DNA of 64,000 nt from Alphaproteobacteria bacterium (GCA_965225945.1 CBDDBZ010000033.1:64001-128000); one strand, 5' to 3'. Numbered from the stretch's first letter, positions 1-9,888 are shown. A program made the numbers and translations. Notes: a model not told the origin generated them from the sequence alone.

Positions 1-2
1 TC

Positions 3-428
3 GAGCAGAACCTGATGAGCGTGGTCCGCTGCATTCGGGCCGCGGTGCCGCACATGAAGGCCCGGGGCGCCGGCAGCATCGTCAATATCACGGCCTTGTC
101 GGCGATCCAGCCTATTCCCGGTTTCGGACTTTCCGTGGCGACCTGGGCCGGCGTGATCGGCCTCGCCAAGACGCTCTCGCGCGAGCTGGCACCGGAGATC
201 ACCATCAACACCCTGGCGCCGGGCCTGATCGACACGCCGCGCCTACGGCTCGTCGCCGAGCAGTCGGAGGAGGCGATGGGCGAGTTGATCCGGGAGATTC
301 CGCTAGGCCGCCTGGGCGACGCCGACGAAATCGCCTCGGTCGTGGCGTTCCTGACCTCGCGCCGCGGCCGCTACGTCACCGGCATCACGCTCGCGGTCGA
401 CGGCGGCCTGTCTCGCGCGACTCTATGA
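3..428 (+). CDS. SDR family oxidoreductase (5' truncated by window edge)
   Basis: GAGSIVNIT, NTLAPGLIDT, GRLGDADEIA, YVTGITLAVDGG are SDR C-terminal motifs; frame is open to the window start. Confidence 0.85.
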   Translation, partial: EQNLMSVVRCIRAAVPHMKARGAGSIVNITALSAIQPIPGFGLSVATWAGVIGLAKTLSRELAPEITINTLAPGLIDTPRLRLVAEQSEEAMGELIREIPLGRLGDADEIASVVAFLTSRRGRYVTGITLAVDGGLSRATL

Positions 429-467
429 ACCAAGGAGCTTTCGCCGGAAATTAAAAGCTAACATATG

Positions 468-2063
468 GTAACTGCCCAGGTAGCTGATTTCGATGAGGCT
501 GCGGATTGGGTCTCTGGGGGCAGATTTTGTGGGTTTGGGGCGCTGACGGCCTAGATTTCGTTTGACATAGGGTGGTTGGTCGATTCTAAGGATTCGATGG
601 ATAGGGATGTTCTTGCCTTTTTGTCGAAAGACGAGCTGATCGATGTGGTGCTGGCCCAAGGGTCGCGGCTCGCCGAGTTCGAACTCCGGCTTGGTGAACT
701 CGAGCGCCGGCTTGGCCTGAACAGCACGAACAGCGGCAAGCCACCGTCGAGCGATGGATTGAACAAGCCACCGGCGGGTAAAAAGAAGCGCACCAGGAGC
801 CTCCGTAAGAAATCGGCCCGCAAGCCGGGCGGGCAAAAGGGCCACAAGGGCGAGACCCTGCGCCAAGTCGCCGATCCCGACGCCACCGTCGACCATTATC
901 CCGAGACGTGCCAGTGGTGTGGTTCGGGATTGACGCCGGATATGGCTACCGGCCATGGGGCCCGCCAGGTTTTCGATCTACCCGAGCCCCGGCCCCTGGT
1001 GGTCACGGAGCATCGGGCGCATCGCTGCCGTTGCGGGCATTGCGGCACGTACACTCGGGCTTCTTTTCCCGTCGCCATCACCGGCCCGGTTCAATACGGC
1101 GCTCGGATCGGAGCCATGGTGGTCTACCTGTCGCACTACCAACTCCTGCCCGAGGACCGCCTGGCTGAATTGATGAAGGATCTGTTCGGGGCGGAACTGT
1201 CTCCGGCGAGCCTCGCGCGGAGGGGCGGGAACAGCGCCGAGTCCGTCCAAGGCGTCGTCGATGTGATCCGCGAACTGGTGAAATCGGCGCCGGTCAAGCA
1301 CATGGACGAGACCGGCTTGCGGATCGCCGGGCGGACCCAATGGTTGCACGTCGCCTCGACCGCGCGGTTGACCTTCTATCGGGTCTCGGAGCGACGCGGC
1401 AGCCTGCTCGGCGGAGTCGGCGGCATCGTCGTCCATGACCACTGGAAGCCGTACTTTACGATGGAGGGCGTACGGCACGCGCTGTGCAACGCCCATCACC
1501 TGCGCGAGTTGCAAGCCCTGATCGAGATCGAGAAGGAGGGCTGGGCACGCAAGATGCAGAGACTATTGCGCCGCGCCTGCCACGCGGTAAATCTCGCCCG
1601 GGAGCGGGGCGTGGCGCTGAAACCAGGCCTCGTCGAGCGCTTCCGAGGGTGTTACGACGCGATCACGGCCGAGGGCATCGCCTTTCACGAGGCACAACCT
1701 CCTCTTGCGCCCAGATCGAGCAAGGCCAAGCGCCGGGGAAGCAAGCCGCGCCGCACCGGGCACAACCTTCTCCGGCGCCTTCAGACACACAAGGAAGACG
1801 CGCTGCGCTTCCTCATCAATTTCGCCGTGCCGTTCACCAACAATCAGGCCGAGCAGGACGGGCGCATGATGAAGGTCAAGCAGAAAATCTCCGGCGGCTT
1901 CCGCAGCCAGAAAGGCGCCGAAGACTTTGCCACCGTCCGCGGCTTCATCTCGACCGCCAGAAAACAGGGCTGGAACATCATCCAGGCGCTCATGGAAAAT
2001 CCCGAAACCCTGATCGAGCGTCTCCACGCCGCCTAAAAGGCCACCATGTACCTGGGCAGTTAC
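468..2063 (+). mobile_element. IS66 family element (single-ORF, ISBst12-like), complete
   Basis: Perfect 15-bp terminal IRs GTAACTGCCCAGGTA (468-482) and TACCTGGGCAGTTAC (2049-2063); 8-bp TSD AACATATG at 460-467 and 2064-2071. Confidence 0.95.
576..2036 (+). CDS. tnpC: IS66 family transposase
   Basis: NSGKPPSSDG, GGQKGHKG, Cys zinc-finger, HMDETG, CNAHHLREL, FTNNQAEQDGRMMKVKQKISGGFRS. Confidence 0.93.
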   Translation: MVDSKDSMDRDVLAFLSKDELIDVVLAQGSRLAEFELRLGELERRLGLNSTNSGKPPSSDGLNKPPAGKKKRTRSLRKKSARKPGGQKGHKGETLRQVADPDATVDHYPETCQWCGSGLTPDMATGHGARQVFDLPEPRPLVVTEHRAHRCRCGHCGTYTRASFPVAITGPVQYGARIGAMVVYLSHYQLLPEDRLAELMKDLFGAELSPASLARRGGNSAESVQGVVDVIRELVKSAPVKHMDETGLRIAGRTQWLHVASTARLTFYRVSERRGSLLGGVGGIVVHDHWKPYFTMEGVRHALCNAHHLRELQALIEIEKEGWARKMQRLLRRACHAVNLARERGVALKPGLVERFRGCYDAITAEGIAFHEAQPPLAPRSSKAKRRGSKPRRTGHNLLRRLQTHKEDALRFLINFAVPFTNNQAEQDGRMMKVKQKISGGFRSQKGAEDFATVRGFISTARKQGWNIIQALMENPETLIERLHAA

Positions 2064-2199
2064 AACATATGTTGTGATTATTTTGTCCCAATCCAACTGT
2101 TTGGCATGATCTTCGGAGTCTTTGGATTGGCACACGAACCTTTGAACTACTGGATACTTGGAATTCTAGGTGCTGCATTGAACATTGCCGAGAGGGCGG

Positions 2200-2350
2200 T
2201 TGTCCTCGTGATCCGTTCATATCTTTGGCAACGGCAATACAGAACCGCAGAAGCGATCGACCTGCTACAACCTGTTTACGATTGGTTCAGCGACGTCTTC
2301 GGCACGCCAGACCTGACAGGCACTAAGGCACTATTGAAGGAGCTGAATAA
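2200..2350 (+). pseudogene. Remnant C-terminal tail of an adenylate/guanylate cyclase-ATPase-TPR type protein
   Basis: LWQRQ..AEAIDLLQPVYDWFSDVFGTPDLTGTKALLKEL resembles the conserved tail LLAPVYGWFTEGFDTxDLxEAKALLxEL; no upstream body of the gene; boundaries approximate. Confidence 0.6.
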
Positions 2351-2420
2351 GAAACTTCGAACTTCAATTCTTGGCTACAAGCGCGCGTGAAGGCCATGTC
2401 CGCTCGACGGCGATTCTACC

Positions 2421-3793
2421 TGTCGTTCCTCAAAACCTATTCCGCGGCGCGGGCGGGTCCGAGACGAACGACCCGGGCGACAGTGTCGGTCGTTGGACTC
2501 GGCGGAAAGATTGCAACGGTCGCATCGACCGATATGCACAAGCTGAATGTTGGCGCTGTGTTCTTTTTCTCAACGGTGTCGGCGCAGCGGAAACGGGCCG
2601 CTCGCTTCTTGCAGCACCTCCTGGGACAGTGCCGTTGTCGGTCCTTAGGCCGCGAGGCGCTCGTACCGGTGATGAAGTCCTCCAACTTGAGGAAACGCAA
2701 CCACCTTTCCGCCGTCGGCCGACTGGACGGGCCGTCCGTCGGGCGTATCCTTCCCGAGCGCCAAGTGCGTGCGAGACCCGTGGTAGTAGGCGAGGTAGGA
2801 GCAAAGAATCTGTCGGAGATGGCGCTCGTTGAGAACAATGACGTGGTTCAGACAATCTCGCCTGATCGAGCCGATTGCCCTTTCGACGAACGGATTGACA
2901 AACTTGTGTCCAAGGAACCGGGTGCGATACACTTGCAGCGGACAGTGCCATGGGCTTCGCGGCGCCGTCACAACCTCCTCGATGCCCATCGCCTTCAACC
3001 GCGCCCGAAACTCCTGACCGTACGCCCCGTCCCGATCACACATGATATACCGTGGTGCCGTGTCCCACGGAAAAACCTCGCGGATCTGCTGCGCCACCCA
3101 CGCCGTGGTCGGGTGTGCTGTAACACCGACGTGCTCGATGCGCCGCCGTTCGTGGCGTAGCACGATGAAGACGAACAGAACGGCGAACGTGGCCGTCGGC
3201 ACCACAAAGAAATCGGCCGAGACGAGGCAGCCGACGTGGTTGTCGAGGAACGTCCGCCACGTCTGCGACGGTGGCTTCCGATGCCGCACCATGTACCTCG
3301 ATACCGTCGCCTCCGATGCCTCGATTCCCAGCTTCATGAGTTCGCCGTGGATGCGAGGAGCGCCCCACAAGGGGTTCTCCCGACACATTCGACGGATGAG
3401 TTCGCGGACATCCTTGGGCACCGGAGGCCGTCCTGGTTTGCCGCGCCTGGATTTCCAGGTCCAGAATGCACGAAATCCCCTGCGGTGCCAGCCGATGACG
3501 GTTTCCGGCCTTACGATCACCAGCACCTCGCGCCAGCGCGGCCAAAGGCGGGAAAGGATGACCCAGAACAAGCGGTCGAGCGTCTGGAGCCGCGGCCGTC
3601 GCCGTTCCCGCTTCAGGATTGCCACCTGCTGGCGGAGGGCGAGGTTTTCCAGGTGTAGCGACGCGCGGCTGAGGAAGCTCTCGCGCAGCGTGGTGGAGAG
3701 AATCATGATGGTCGCTTGCATGCCGACGACGGTAGTCGGCAGTGGCCGGAAACGCTATGATTTCTGCGGCAGATGGGGTTTTGACGAGCCACA
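2421..3793 (-). mobile_element. IS481/IS3-superfamily-like IS with TGT...ACA ends
   Basis: Imperfect IRs TGTCGTTCCTCAAAACC (from 2421) versus TGTGGCTCGTCAAAAACC (reverse complement ending 3793) enclose the transposase; no TSD seen. Confidence 0.65.
2645..3721 (-). CDS. Integrase-core (DDE) transposase with a 16-codon in-frame insert
   Basis: ENPLWGAPRIHGEL, SADFF, CDRDG, NPFVERAIGSIRR, GGLHHRYERLAA. Confidence 0.88.
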   Translation of the reverse strand: MQATIMILSTTLRESFLSRASLHLENLALRQQVAILKRERRRPRLQTLDRLFWVILSRLWPRWREVLVIVRPETVIGWHRRGFRAFWTWKSRRGKPGRPPVPKDVRELIRRMCRENPLWGAPRIHGELMKLGIEASEATVSRYMVRHRKPPSQTWRTFLDNHVGCLVSADFFVVPTATFAVLFVFIVLRHERRRIEHVGVTAHPTTAWVAQQIREVFPWDTAPRYIMCDRDGAYGQEFRARLKAMGIEEVVTAPRSPWHCPLQVYRTRFLGHKFVNPFVERAIGSIRRDCLNHVIVLNERHLRQILCSYLAYYHGSRTHLALGKDTPDGRPVQSADGGKVVAFPQVGGLHHRYERLAA

Positions 3794-4077
3794 ACAAGTT
3801 TACGGCGTCGCGTATCTGTTTGTGAGCATTGCGGGCGTCACGACAATTGAGGTCAACCGCGTTATCACTTCGATACTGCTCTAACGATTTTATGCCGATG
3901 TCCCAAGAGAGCCGCCCCCATGCCATGCCACCACGAACACGGACCCGCCCCCCAGCCATCACACATCCTTTCAGAGAGGCGTGACATTATCGATGTCGGC
4001 GTTGCGAACTGTGCCGCAATAGTCAGCCCAAGCATCCATCATCTTACCGCAGCCGACTAAAGTTGAGAGAAACGGAA

Positions 4078-5322
4078 TCAGTCGGGATCGAGGTTAGCGG
4101 TACGCCGGAATTGCACGACGCCGCCCTCTGGACCGTGGTCGCAGAACGCGGCCCATGCTTCCATAAGCTTGCGCCACTTGTCGAGCAGGTCGCCCCGGCG
4201 ATATGCCGCTTCAACCTTGTTGCCGACAGTATGGGCGAGAGCGGCCTCGGCGACCTCGCCGGGGAAGGCGGTGCGCTCTGCTGCCCAATCCCGGAACGTC
4301 GACCGAAAGCCGTGCGTGGTCAGTCCCGCGTGTCCCATGCGCTCCAAGAGACGGCGCAAGGCATCGCTCCACAATGGCTGGGCGCCACGCTGGCCGGGGA
4401 AAACGAAGTCATTCACCCGCATCGTCTCCATTTCACACAGCACGGCGACCGCCGCCGGAGAAAGCGGAACGCGGTGCATTACACCCGACTTCATGCGCTC
4501 GCCGGAAACGGTCCATTCCTCCTTGTCGAGATCAACCTCGTCCCATCGCGCGCCGGTAACCTCGCCCGGTCGTGCAGCCGTCAGAATCAGGAACTCCAAT
4601 CCACGGGCTGAGACGCCGTCTCGCTCGCGCAGGGCTTTCGTGAAGGTGGCAATGTCCTCGTAGGGAAGGGCGGCGTGGTGCTTCACCTTGCGGACCTTGC
4701 TGGCCTTGGGGAGAAGGTTTTCAAGGTGGCCGCGCCATCGTGCCGGGTTCTCGCCGGTCCGGTATTCCCGCGCCTTGGCCCAGTCGAGGATAGCCTCGAT
4801 GCGACCGCGTAGTCGGGTCGCCGTCTCGGTCTTGGTTGACCAGATTGGCTCTATCACCTCGGTGACCATGGCAGTATCAACAGCGTCCACCGGCACGTCG
4901 CCAAAGACCGGGAAGGCGTAGGTCGCGAGCGTGTTGCGCCACTGTGCCCGGTGCTTCGGGTTGCGCCAGCCTTTCTCGTGACTGGCAATGAACTTCTCGG
5001 CGCATTCCCTAAAGGTTCGGGACGCGACCGCATCGGCAGCATTGCGGGTGCGCTGAGCGCGTCTTTCCTCGACGGGGTCTATCCCCGCCTTGACGAGCCT
5101 TCGCGCTTCCAGCGCCTTCTCGCGGGCTTCGGCGAGCGATACAACGTCGATACCGCCGAGGCCCATGTCCCGCGACCTGCGACGCAGCATGAATCGATAG
5201 ACCCAGGACTTCGAGCCGCCGCGCGCGACCTGCAGATATAGGCCGCCGCCATCTGAATACAGACCGGGCAGCTTCACCGCTGCGACCGCCCTTGCGGTGA
5301 GTTTGTTCGTCTGCCGTGACAT
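4078..5322 (-). CDS. P4-like tyrosine integrase with Arm DNA-binding domain
   Basis: N-terminal DGGGLYLQV..GSKSW; catalytic LTAAR, HGFR, LAH, AYRR; lies just downstream of the tRNA-Ser 3' end. Confidence 0.93.
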   Translation of the reverse strand: MSRQTNKLTARAVAAVKLPGLYSDGGGLYLQVARGGSKSWVYRFMLRRRSRDMGLGGIDVVSLAEAREKALEARRLVKAGIDPVEERRAQRTRNAADAVASRTFRECAEKFIASHEKGWRNPKHRAQWRNTLATYAFPVFGDVPVDAVDTAMVTEVIEPIWSTKTETATRLRGRIEAILDWAKAREYRTGENPARWRGHLENLLPKASKVRKVKHHAALPYEDIATFTKALRERDGVSARGLEFLILTAARPGEVTGARWDEVDLDKEEWTVSGERMKSGVMHRVPLSPAAVAVLCEMETMRVNDFVFPGQRGAQPLWSDALRRLLERMGHAGLTTHGFRSTFRDWAAERTAFPGEVAEAALAHTVGNKVEAAYRRGDLLDKWRKLMEAWAAFCDHGPEGGVVQFRRTANLDPD

Positions 5323-5486
5323 CGGATCACCTCAATTGCCCATAATCCTACCCATAAAGATAAGGCGGCTTGAGGCGAATTGCAATGGACGAGGGCGAAC
5401 AGATACCTTCTGAATTCTCTATAATATCTGGGAGTTCTTGGACGTTGAGAACCGGTACCTGCTGCGACCGGATGCGAACAGAAAGC

Positions 5487-5576
5487 TGGCGGATGGGGTG
5501 GGATTCGAACCCACGGGGAGCGTTGACTCCCGCCGGTTTTCAAGACCGGTGCATTCGACCACTCTGCCACCCATCC
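5487..5576 (-). tRNA. tRNA-Ser(TGA)
   Basis: GGATGGG/CCCATCC acceptor stem, anticodon arm CCGGT-CTTGAAA-ACCGG, long variable arm, GTTCGAATC T-loop, encoded CCA; 90 nt. Confidence 0.96.
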
Positions 5577-5724
5577 CCGCGCCCGCGCGGCACCGCCGGG
5601 GTTTACCGCCCGCCGGCGCCGACGACAAGAGCCGGGCCACCCACAATTATCTGCTTGCCCGCGCGACGCTCGGCGCTTAACCAGTCGTGTCGCGCCGATT
5701 TCCGGGGCGACGGGGTGCGAAACC

Positions 5725-5988
5725 ATGCGTCGTTGGGCCTTGTCGAGTGTCATGCTGTTCGGCCTCGCCGCCTGTGCCTCGGGCGACGAAGTGGCGGGCG
5801 AGCTGAACATGGCGCTCTCGTGCCAGCTCAAACCCTGTATCTGCGCCGCCCGGGACGCGACCTTGTTTTTCGCCCGCAAGACCTCGCCGGTGCGCTGGCG
5901 CCAGAGCGGCGATGCCTATTGCGACGCGGGCTTCCGGCTGGAGTTCGGCGAGGGTGATGAGAAGAGGCGGCGCGGCGGCCGGGGGTAA
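5725..5988 (+). CDS. Small Cys-rich lipoprotein, unknown function
   Basis: Signal peptide with lipobox LAAC, four more Cys; stop 4 nt before the next ATG. Confidence 0.6.
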   Translation: MRRWALSSVMLFGLAACASGDEVAGELNMALSCQLKPCICAARDATLFFARKTSPVRWRQSGDAYCDAGFRLEFGEGDEKRRRGGRG

Positions 5989-5992
5989 AACT

Positions 5993-6574
5993 ATGCGAAG
6001 GCTCATTCATGGCGTGGTGGCGGTGCTTCTATTTCACGGCGGCGCGCTCGCCCAGGACTCCGAGCGCCTGCGGGCCCTCAAGGCCGACAAGGCGTGCGAG
6101 GCATGCGACCTCGCGGGCGTCGATCTCCACAACAGCTTTCTGGCCGGCGCGCGGCTCGCAGGCGCCAACCTCGCCGGCGCCAATCTCAACCGGAGCTTCC
6201 TCAAGGGCGCCGACCTGAGGCGTGCCAATCTCGCCGGCGCCGATCTGCGCAAGGCCTCGCTCGCCGGCGCGGAGCTGGCGGGCGCCGACCTAACCGGGGC
6301 CCGGCTGGACAAGGCGAACCTCCGGGGCGCCGACCTTTCCGGCGCCAAGCTCTCCGCCGCCAATCTCGCCAAGGCCAACCTCGCGGGCGCGAACCTGAGC
6401 AAGGCCGATCTCTCGGGCGCCGTGCTGCGCAAGGCGACGCTCACCGGCGCCGATCTGAAATCGGCCATCCTCGCCGGCGCCGTGCTCGAGGGCGCCGACC
6501 TCACCGGCGCCGACCTCGAAGGGGCCGACCTCACCGACGCCAAGCTCGACGGCGTGATCGGCTACGAGCCATGA
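5993..6574 (+). CDS. Secreted pentapeptide-repeat protein
   Basis: Signal peptide, CEAC motif, about 30 A(D/N)LxG repeats; stop overlaps mltB start. Confidence 0.9.
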   Translation: MRRLIHGVVAVLLFHGGALAQDSERLRALKADKACEACDLAGVDLHNSFLAGARLAGANLAGANLNRSFLKGADLRRANLAGADLRKASLAGAELAGADLTGARLDKANLRGADLSGAKLSAANLAKANLAGANLSKADLSGAVLRKATLTGADLKSAILAGAVLEGADLTGADLEGADLTDAKLDGVIGYEP

Positions 6575-7557
6575 CCCCGTCGTCGATCTTGCCGCGCCTG
6601 GCGGCGCTCGGCGTGCTCTGGGCGCTCGGCGTGGCGACGACCAGCGCGAAGCCCGAGAGCTTCGAGAGCTGGCTCGTGGCGCTCCGGGCCGAGGCCTTGA
6701 AGAAGGGCGTCGGGAGCGAGACGCTGGAGGCCGCGTTTCGAGGCGTGAAACCGCTCGCGCGGGTGATCGAGTTGGATCGTCATCAGCCCGAATTCACCCT
6801 CACCTTCGAGCAATACATCACCCGCGTGGTGTCGCGCTCGCGCATCGAGGCGGGCCGTGCGCGTCTCGCCAAGCACCGCGCGCTGTTGGACAAGGTGGCC
6901 GAGGCCCACCGGGTGCAGCCGCGCTTCATCGTCGCGCTGTGGGGGATCGAGTCCGATTTCGGCCGCGTGACCGGCGGCTTTCGAGTGATTCCCGCGCTGG
7001 CGACCCTGGCCCACGACGGCCGGCGCGGGGCCTATTTTCGGCGCGAACTGCTGGCCGCGCTGAAGATCCTCGATGAAGGCCATATCGGCGTGCGCGAGAT
7101 GGTCGGCTCGTGGGCCGGCGCGATGGGCCAGAGCCAGTTCATGCCGTCGAGCTTCCGTGCCTATGCGCGCGATTTCGATGGCGACGGCCGCCGCGACATT
7201 TGGACGACGCTGCCGGACGTCTTCGCCTCCGCCGCCAACTATCTCTCTCGATCCGGCTGGCGCGCCGACCAGACCTGGGGCCGCCGCGTGCGCCTGCCGA
7301 AGGGCTTCCAGCGATCCCTCGCCGATCTGGGGGTGCGCCGGACGATTCCCAAATGGGCGGCGCTCGGCGTGCGCAAGGCGAACGGCGAGGAACTGCCCAC
7401 CCGCCCGCTACGCGCCTCGATCATCATTCCGAGCAAGAGCGGCGGCGGACCCGCCTTCATCGTCTACGACAACTACCGAACCCTTCTGAAGTGGAACCGT
7501 TCGCACTTTTTCGCCCTCGCGGTCGGACGCCTCTCGGATGCCATCGGCGCGCCTTGA
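6571..7557 (+). CDS. mltB: Lytic murein transglycosylase (MltB/SLT_2)
   Basis: QPEF, WGIESDFG, GSWAGAMGQSQFMPSS, DGDGRRDIW, ASAANYL. Confidence 0.92.
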   Translation: MTPSSILPRLAALGVLWALGVATTSAKPESFESWLVALRAEALKKGVGSETLEAAFRGVKPLARVIELDRHQPEFTLTFEQYITRVVSRSRIEAGRARLAKHRALLDKVAEAHRVQPRFIVALWGIESDFGRVTGGFRVIPALATLAHDGRRGAYFRRELLAALKILDEGHIGVREMVGSWAGAMGQSQFMPSSFRAYARDFDGDGRRDIWTTLPDVFASAANYLSRSGWRADQTWGRRVRLPKGFQRSLADLGVRRTIPKWAALGVRKANGEELPTRPLRASIIIPSKSGGGPAFIVYDNYRTLLKWNRSHFFALAVGRLSDAIGAP

Positions 7558-7633
7558 GCTGGATACGGCGACGCGCGCCTCTCTTGTTCTCATCTCGTTC
7601 TCGCGCTATATGACCAGATCCTGACGGTAGGGA

Positions 7634-8656
7634 ATGCACGGACACGATATCATGTGTCGGGCGAAGCGTTGGCATCGTAATTTCGGGCGATATCATATTT
7701 TGGCGGCGATCGCCGTGCTTCAGCTCGCGGCCTGCGCCGAGACGAAGTTGGTCTTGCACGTGGCCAAGAGGATCGGCGAGGCGGGCGTGGATGCGTCCAG
7801 TGGCGAACCACCGCCCGTCAGCGGCGAAAAGATCAGGGTCGGCAAGCCCTATCAGGTGAAGGAGGTCTGGTACTATCCCAAGCGCCAGCCCGACTACGAC
7901 GAGACCGGCATCGCCTCGTGGTACGGCGAGAAGTTTCACGGCCGCCGGACCGCCAACGGCGAGATCTACGACATGAACGCGCTGACGGCGGCGCACAAGA
8001 CGCTGCCGCTGCCGACCAACGTGCGCGTCACCAACCTCACGAACGGCCGGTCCATGATCCTGAGGGTGAACGACCGGGGCCCCTTCGCGCACGGCCGCAT
8101 CATCGACGTTTCGCGCCGGGCGGCGCAGTTGCTCGGCTTCCAGGGCGCGGGCACGGCCAAGGTCCGCGTCCAGGCGATGGAGCGCGGCGAGGTCAAAGTG
8201 GCGGATCGGGCCGAGACCACGGCGGCGGAACGCAAGGCCTTGCCGGCGCTGCCGAGGAAAGGGGTCCAGTCCCAGCGCCTGGCGCCGCCACCGGGGACCC
8301 GAGAGGCTCGGGCCAGGCTGCGCGATGGCGCCTCGGTCACGCGGGTCGCCGCCGCCCCGCCACGTAGCGATGCCCTCCTCGCCCGGGACGAGCCGTCGGT
8401 GGCGGTCGCCGTCCAGCCGGTGAAGCCGACGCGGATATTCATTCAGGCCGGTTCCTTCATAAAATACGACAACGCCCATCGCCTTCGTGCTCGTCTCGCC
8501 TACCTCGGACCGACGAAGATCAAAGCCGTCTGGGTGCGGGAACGCGAATTCTTCCGGGTCCGGGTCGGACCGGTGCAGACGGTGGAGAGGGCCGACGGCA
8601 TTCTCGATTCGGTCATCGCCAAGGGGATCACGGACGCGCGCATCATCGTCGATTGA
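7634..8656 (+). CDS. rlpA: Septal ring lytic transglycosylase RlpA (DPBB + SPOR); exact start uncertain
   Basis: Lipobox LAAC, GKPYQV, GIASWYG, TANGE, AAHKTLPLP, RVNDRGPF, C-terminal SPOR IQAGSF. Confidence 0.93.
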   Translation: MHGHDIMCRAKRWHRNFGRYHILAAIAVLQLAACAETKLVLHVAKRIGEAGVDASSGEPPPVSGEKIRVGKPYQVKEVWYYPKRQPDYDETGIASWYGEKFHGRRTANGEIYDMNALTAAHKTLPLPTNVRVTNLTNGRSMILRVNDRGPFAHGRIIDVSRRAAQLLGFQGAGTAKVRVQAMERGEVKVADRAETTAAERKALPALPRKGVQSQRLAPPPGTREARARLRDGASVTRVAAAPPRSDALLARDEPSVAVAVQPVKPTRIFIQAGSFIKYDNAHRLRARLAYLGPTKIKAVWVREREFFRVRVGPVQTVERADGILDSVIAKGITDARIIVD

Positions 8657-8712
8657 CGGGCGAGGCACGCCAGCTTGACCCCTACCCACGGGCAAGCGCA
8701 GGATCGGCCCTC

Positions 8713-9879
8713 ATGACGCGGTTTCGAACATCTTTCGGCGCGCTCGCGCTTCTGCTCGGTGGCCTCTGGGGTGGAATTTGGGGCGGCCTCTGGGCGACGC
8801 CGCTCGCCGCCCTCGAGACCCCGGCGCGCCACGCCCTATTGGTCGATTTCGACACCGGCGCGGTGCTGCTGGAAAAGGACGCCGAGGCGCCGATGGCGCC
8901 CGCCTCGATGTCGAAGTTGATGACCGTCTACCTGGTCTTCCAGGCGCTGAAGGAGCAGGGCCTCGGCCTCGACGATACCTTCGTCGTCTCCAAGAAGGCC
9001 TGGAAGATGGGCGGCTCCAGGATGTTCGTCGAGGTCGGCAAGGAGGTTCGCGTCGAGGACCTGCTGAAGGGCGTCATCATCCAGTCGGGCAACGATGCCT
9101 GCATCGTGCTGGCCGAGGGGCTCGCCGGCAGCGAGGAGGCCTTCGTCGAGGAGATGAACGCGGTCGCCGCCAAGATCGGCTTGGAGGACAGCCATTTCAC
9201 CAACTCGAGCGGGTGGCCCGACCCCGAACACGTGATGAGCGCCTGGGATCTCGCGCGCCTGACTGAGCGGCTGATCCGCGACTTTCCCAAGGGCTACGAG
9301 CTCTTCAAGGTCAAGGAGTTCACCTACAACAAGATTCGCCAAGGCAATCGCAATCCGTTGCTTTACAAGAACCTGGGCGCCGACGGCCTGAAGACCGGCC
9401 ACACCAAGGGCTCGGGCTACGGCCTGGTCGCCTCCGCCAGGCGCAAGGAACGCCGCCTGATCCTGGTGCTCAACGGCCTCGAGAGTGTCAATCAGCGATC
9501 CCGCGAGAGCGCCCGCCTGCTGGGCTGGGGATTTCGTCAGTTCCAGAACTACCGGCTGTTCGACGTCGGCGAGGAGGTCGGCCGGGCGGGGGTTTGGTTG
9601 GGGACCGCGGACACGGTTTCCCTCGTGTTGGAGCGACCGCTGAGCGCCACCTTGCCGCGCAAGGCGCGCAAGGAGATGAAGGTCACAATCGTCTACGACG
9701 GCCCGGTGCCGGCGCCGATCACCAAGGGCGCGCGGATCGCGACGTTGCGGGTCGAGGCCAAGGGGATCGACCCGGTTGAGTATCCGCTGCTGGCGGCGGA
9801 CGACGTCGGACGGCGGGGCCCGTTCGGGCGGCTCTGGGGGGCGCTGACCTATCTCGCCCTGGGCGCCGGCGCCAACTAA
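8713..9879 (+). CDS. dacA: D-alanyl-D-alanine carboxypeptidase
   Basis: PASMSKLMT (SxxK), SGNDA (SxN), GLKTGHT (KTG). Confidence 0.93.
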   Translation: MTRFRTSFGALALLLGGLWGGIWGGLWATPLAALETPARHALLVDFDTGAVLLEKDAEAPMAPASMSKLMTVYLVFQALKEQGLGLDDTFVVSKKAWKMGGSRMFVEVGKEVRVEDLLKGVIIQSGNDACIVLAEGLAGSEEAFVEEMNAVAAKIGLEDSHFTNSSGWPDPEHVMSAWDLARLTERLIRDFPKGYELFKVKEFTYNKIRQGNRNPLLYKNLGADGLKTGHTKGSGYGLVASARRKERRLILVLNGLESVNQRSRESARLLGWGFRQFQNYRLFDVGEEVGRAGVWLGTADTVSLVLERPLSATLPRKARKEMKVTIVYDGPVPAPITKGARIATLRVEAKGIDPVEYPLLAADDVGRRGPFGRLWGALTYLALGAGAN

Positions 9880-9888
9880 GCGGGCGCG

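Noticed and set aside
3767-3779. GGCAGATGGGGT resembles the tRNA-Ser 3' end (possible att site)
   Set aside because: Short, mismatched, and lies within the terminal repeat of the IS481-like element.
6100-6560. Repetitive DNA in 15-bp periods
   Set aside because: Fully explained by pentapeptide-repeat coding.
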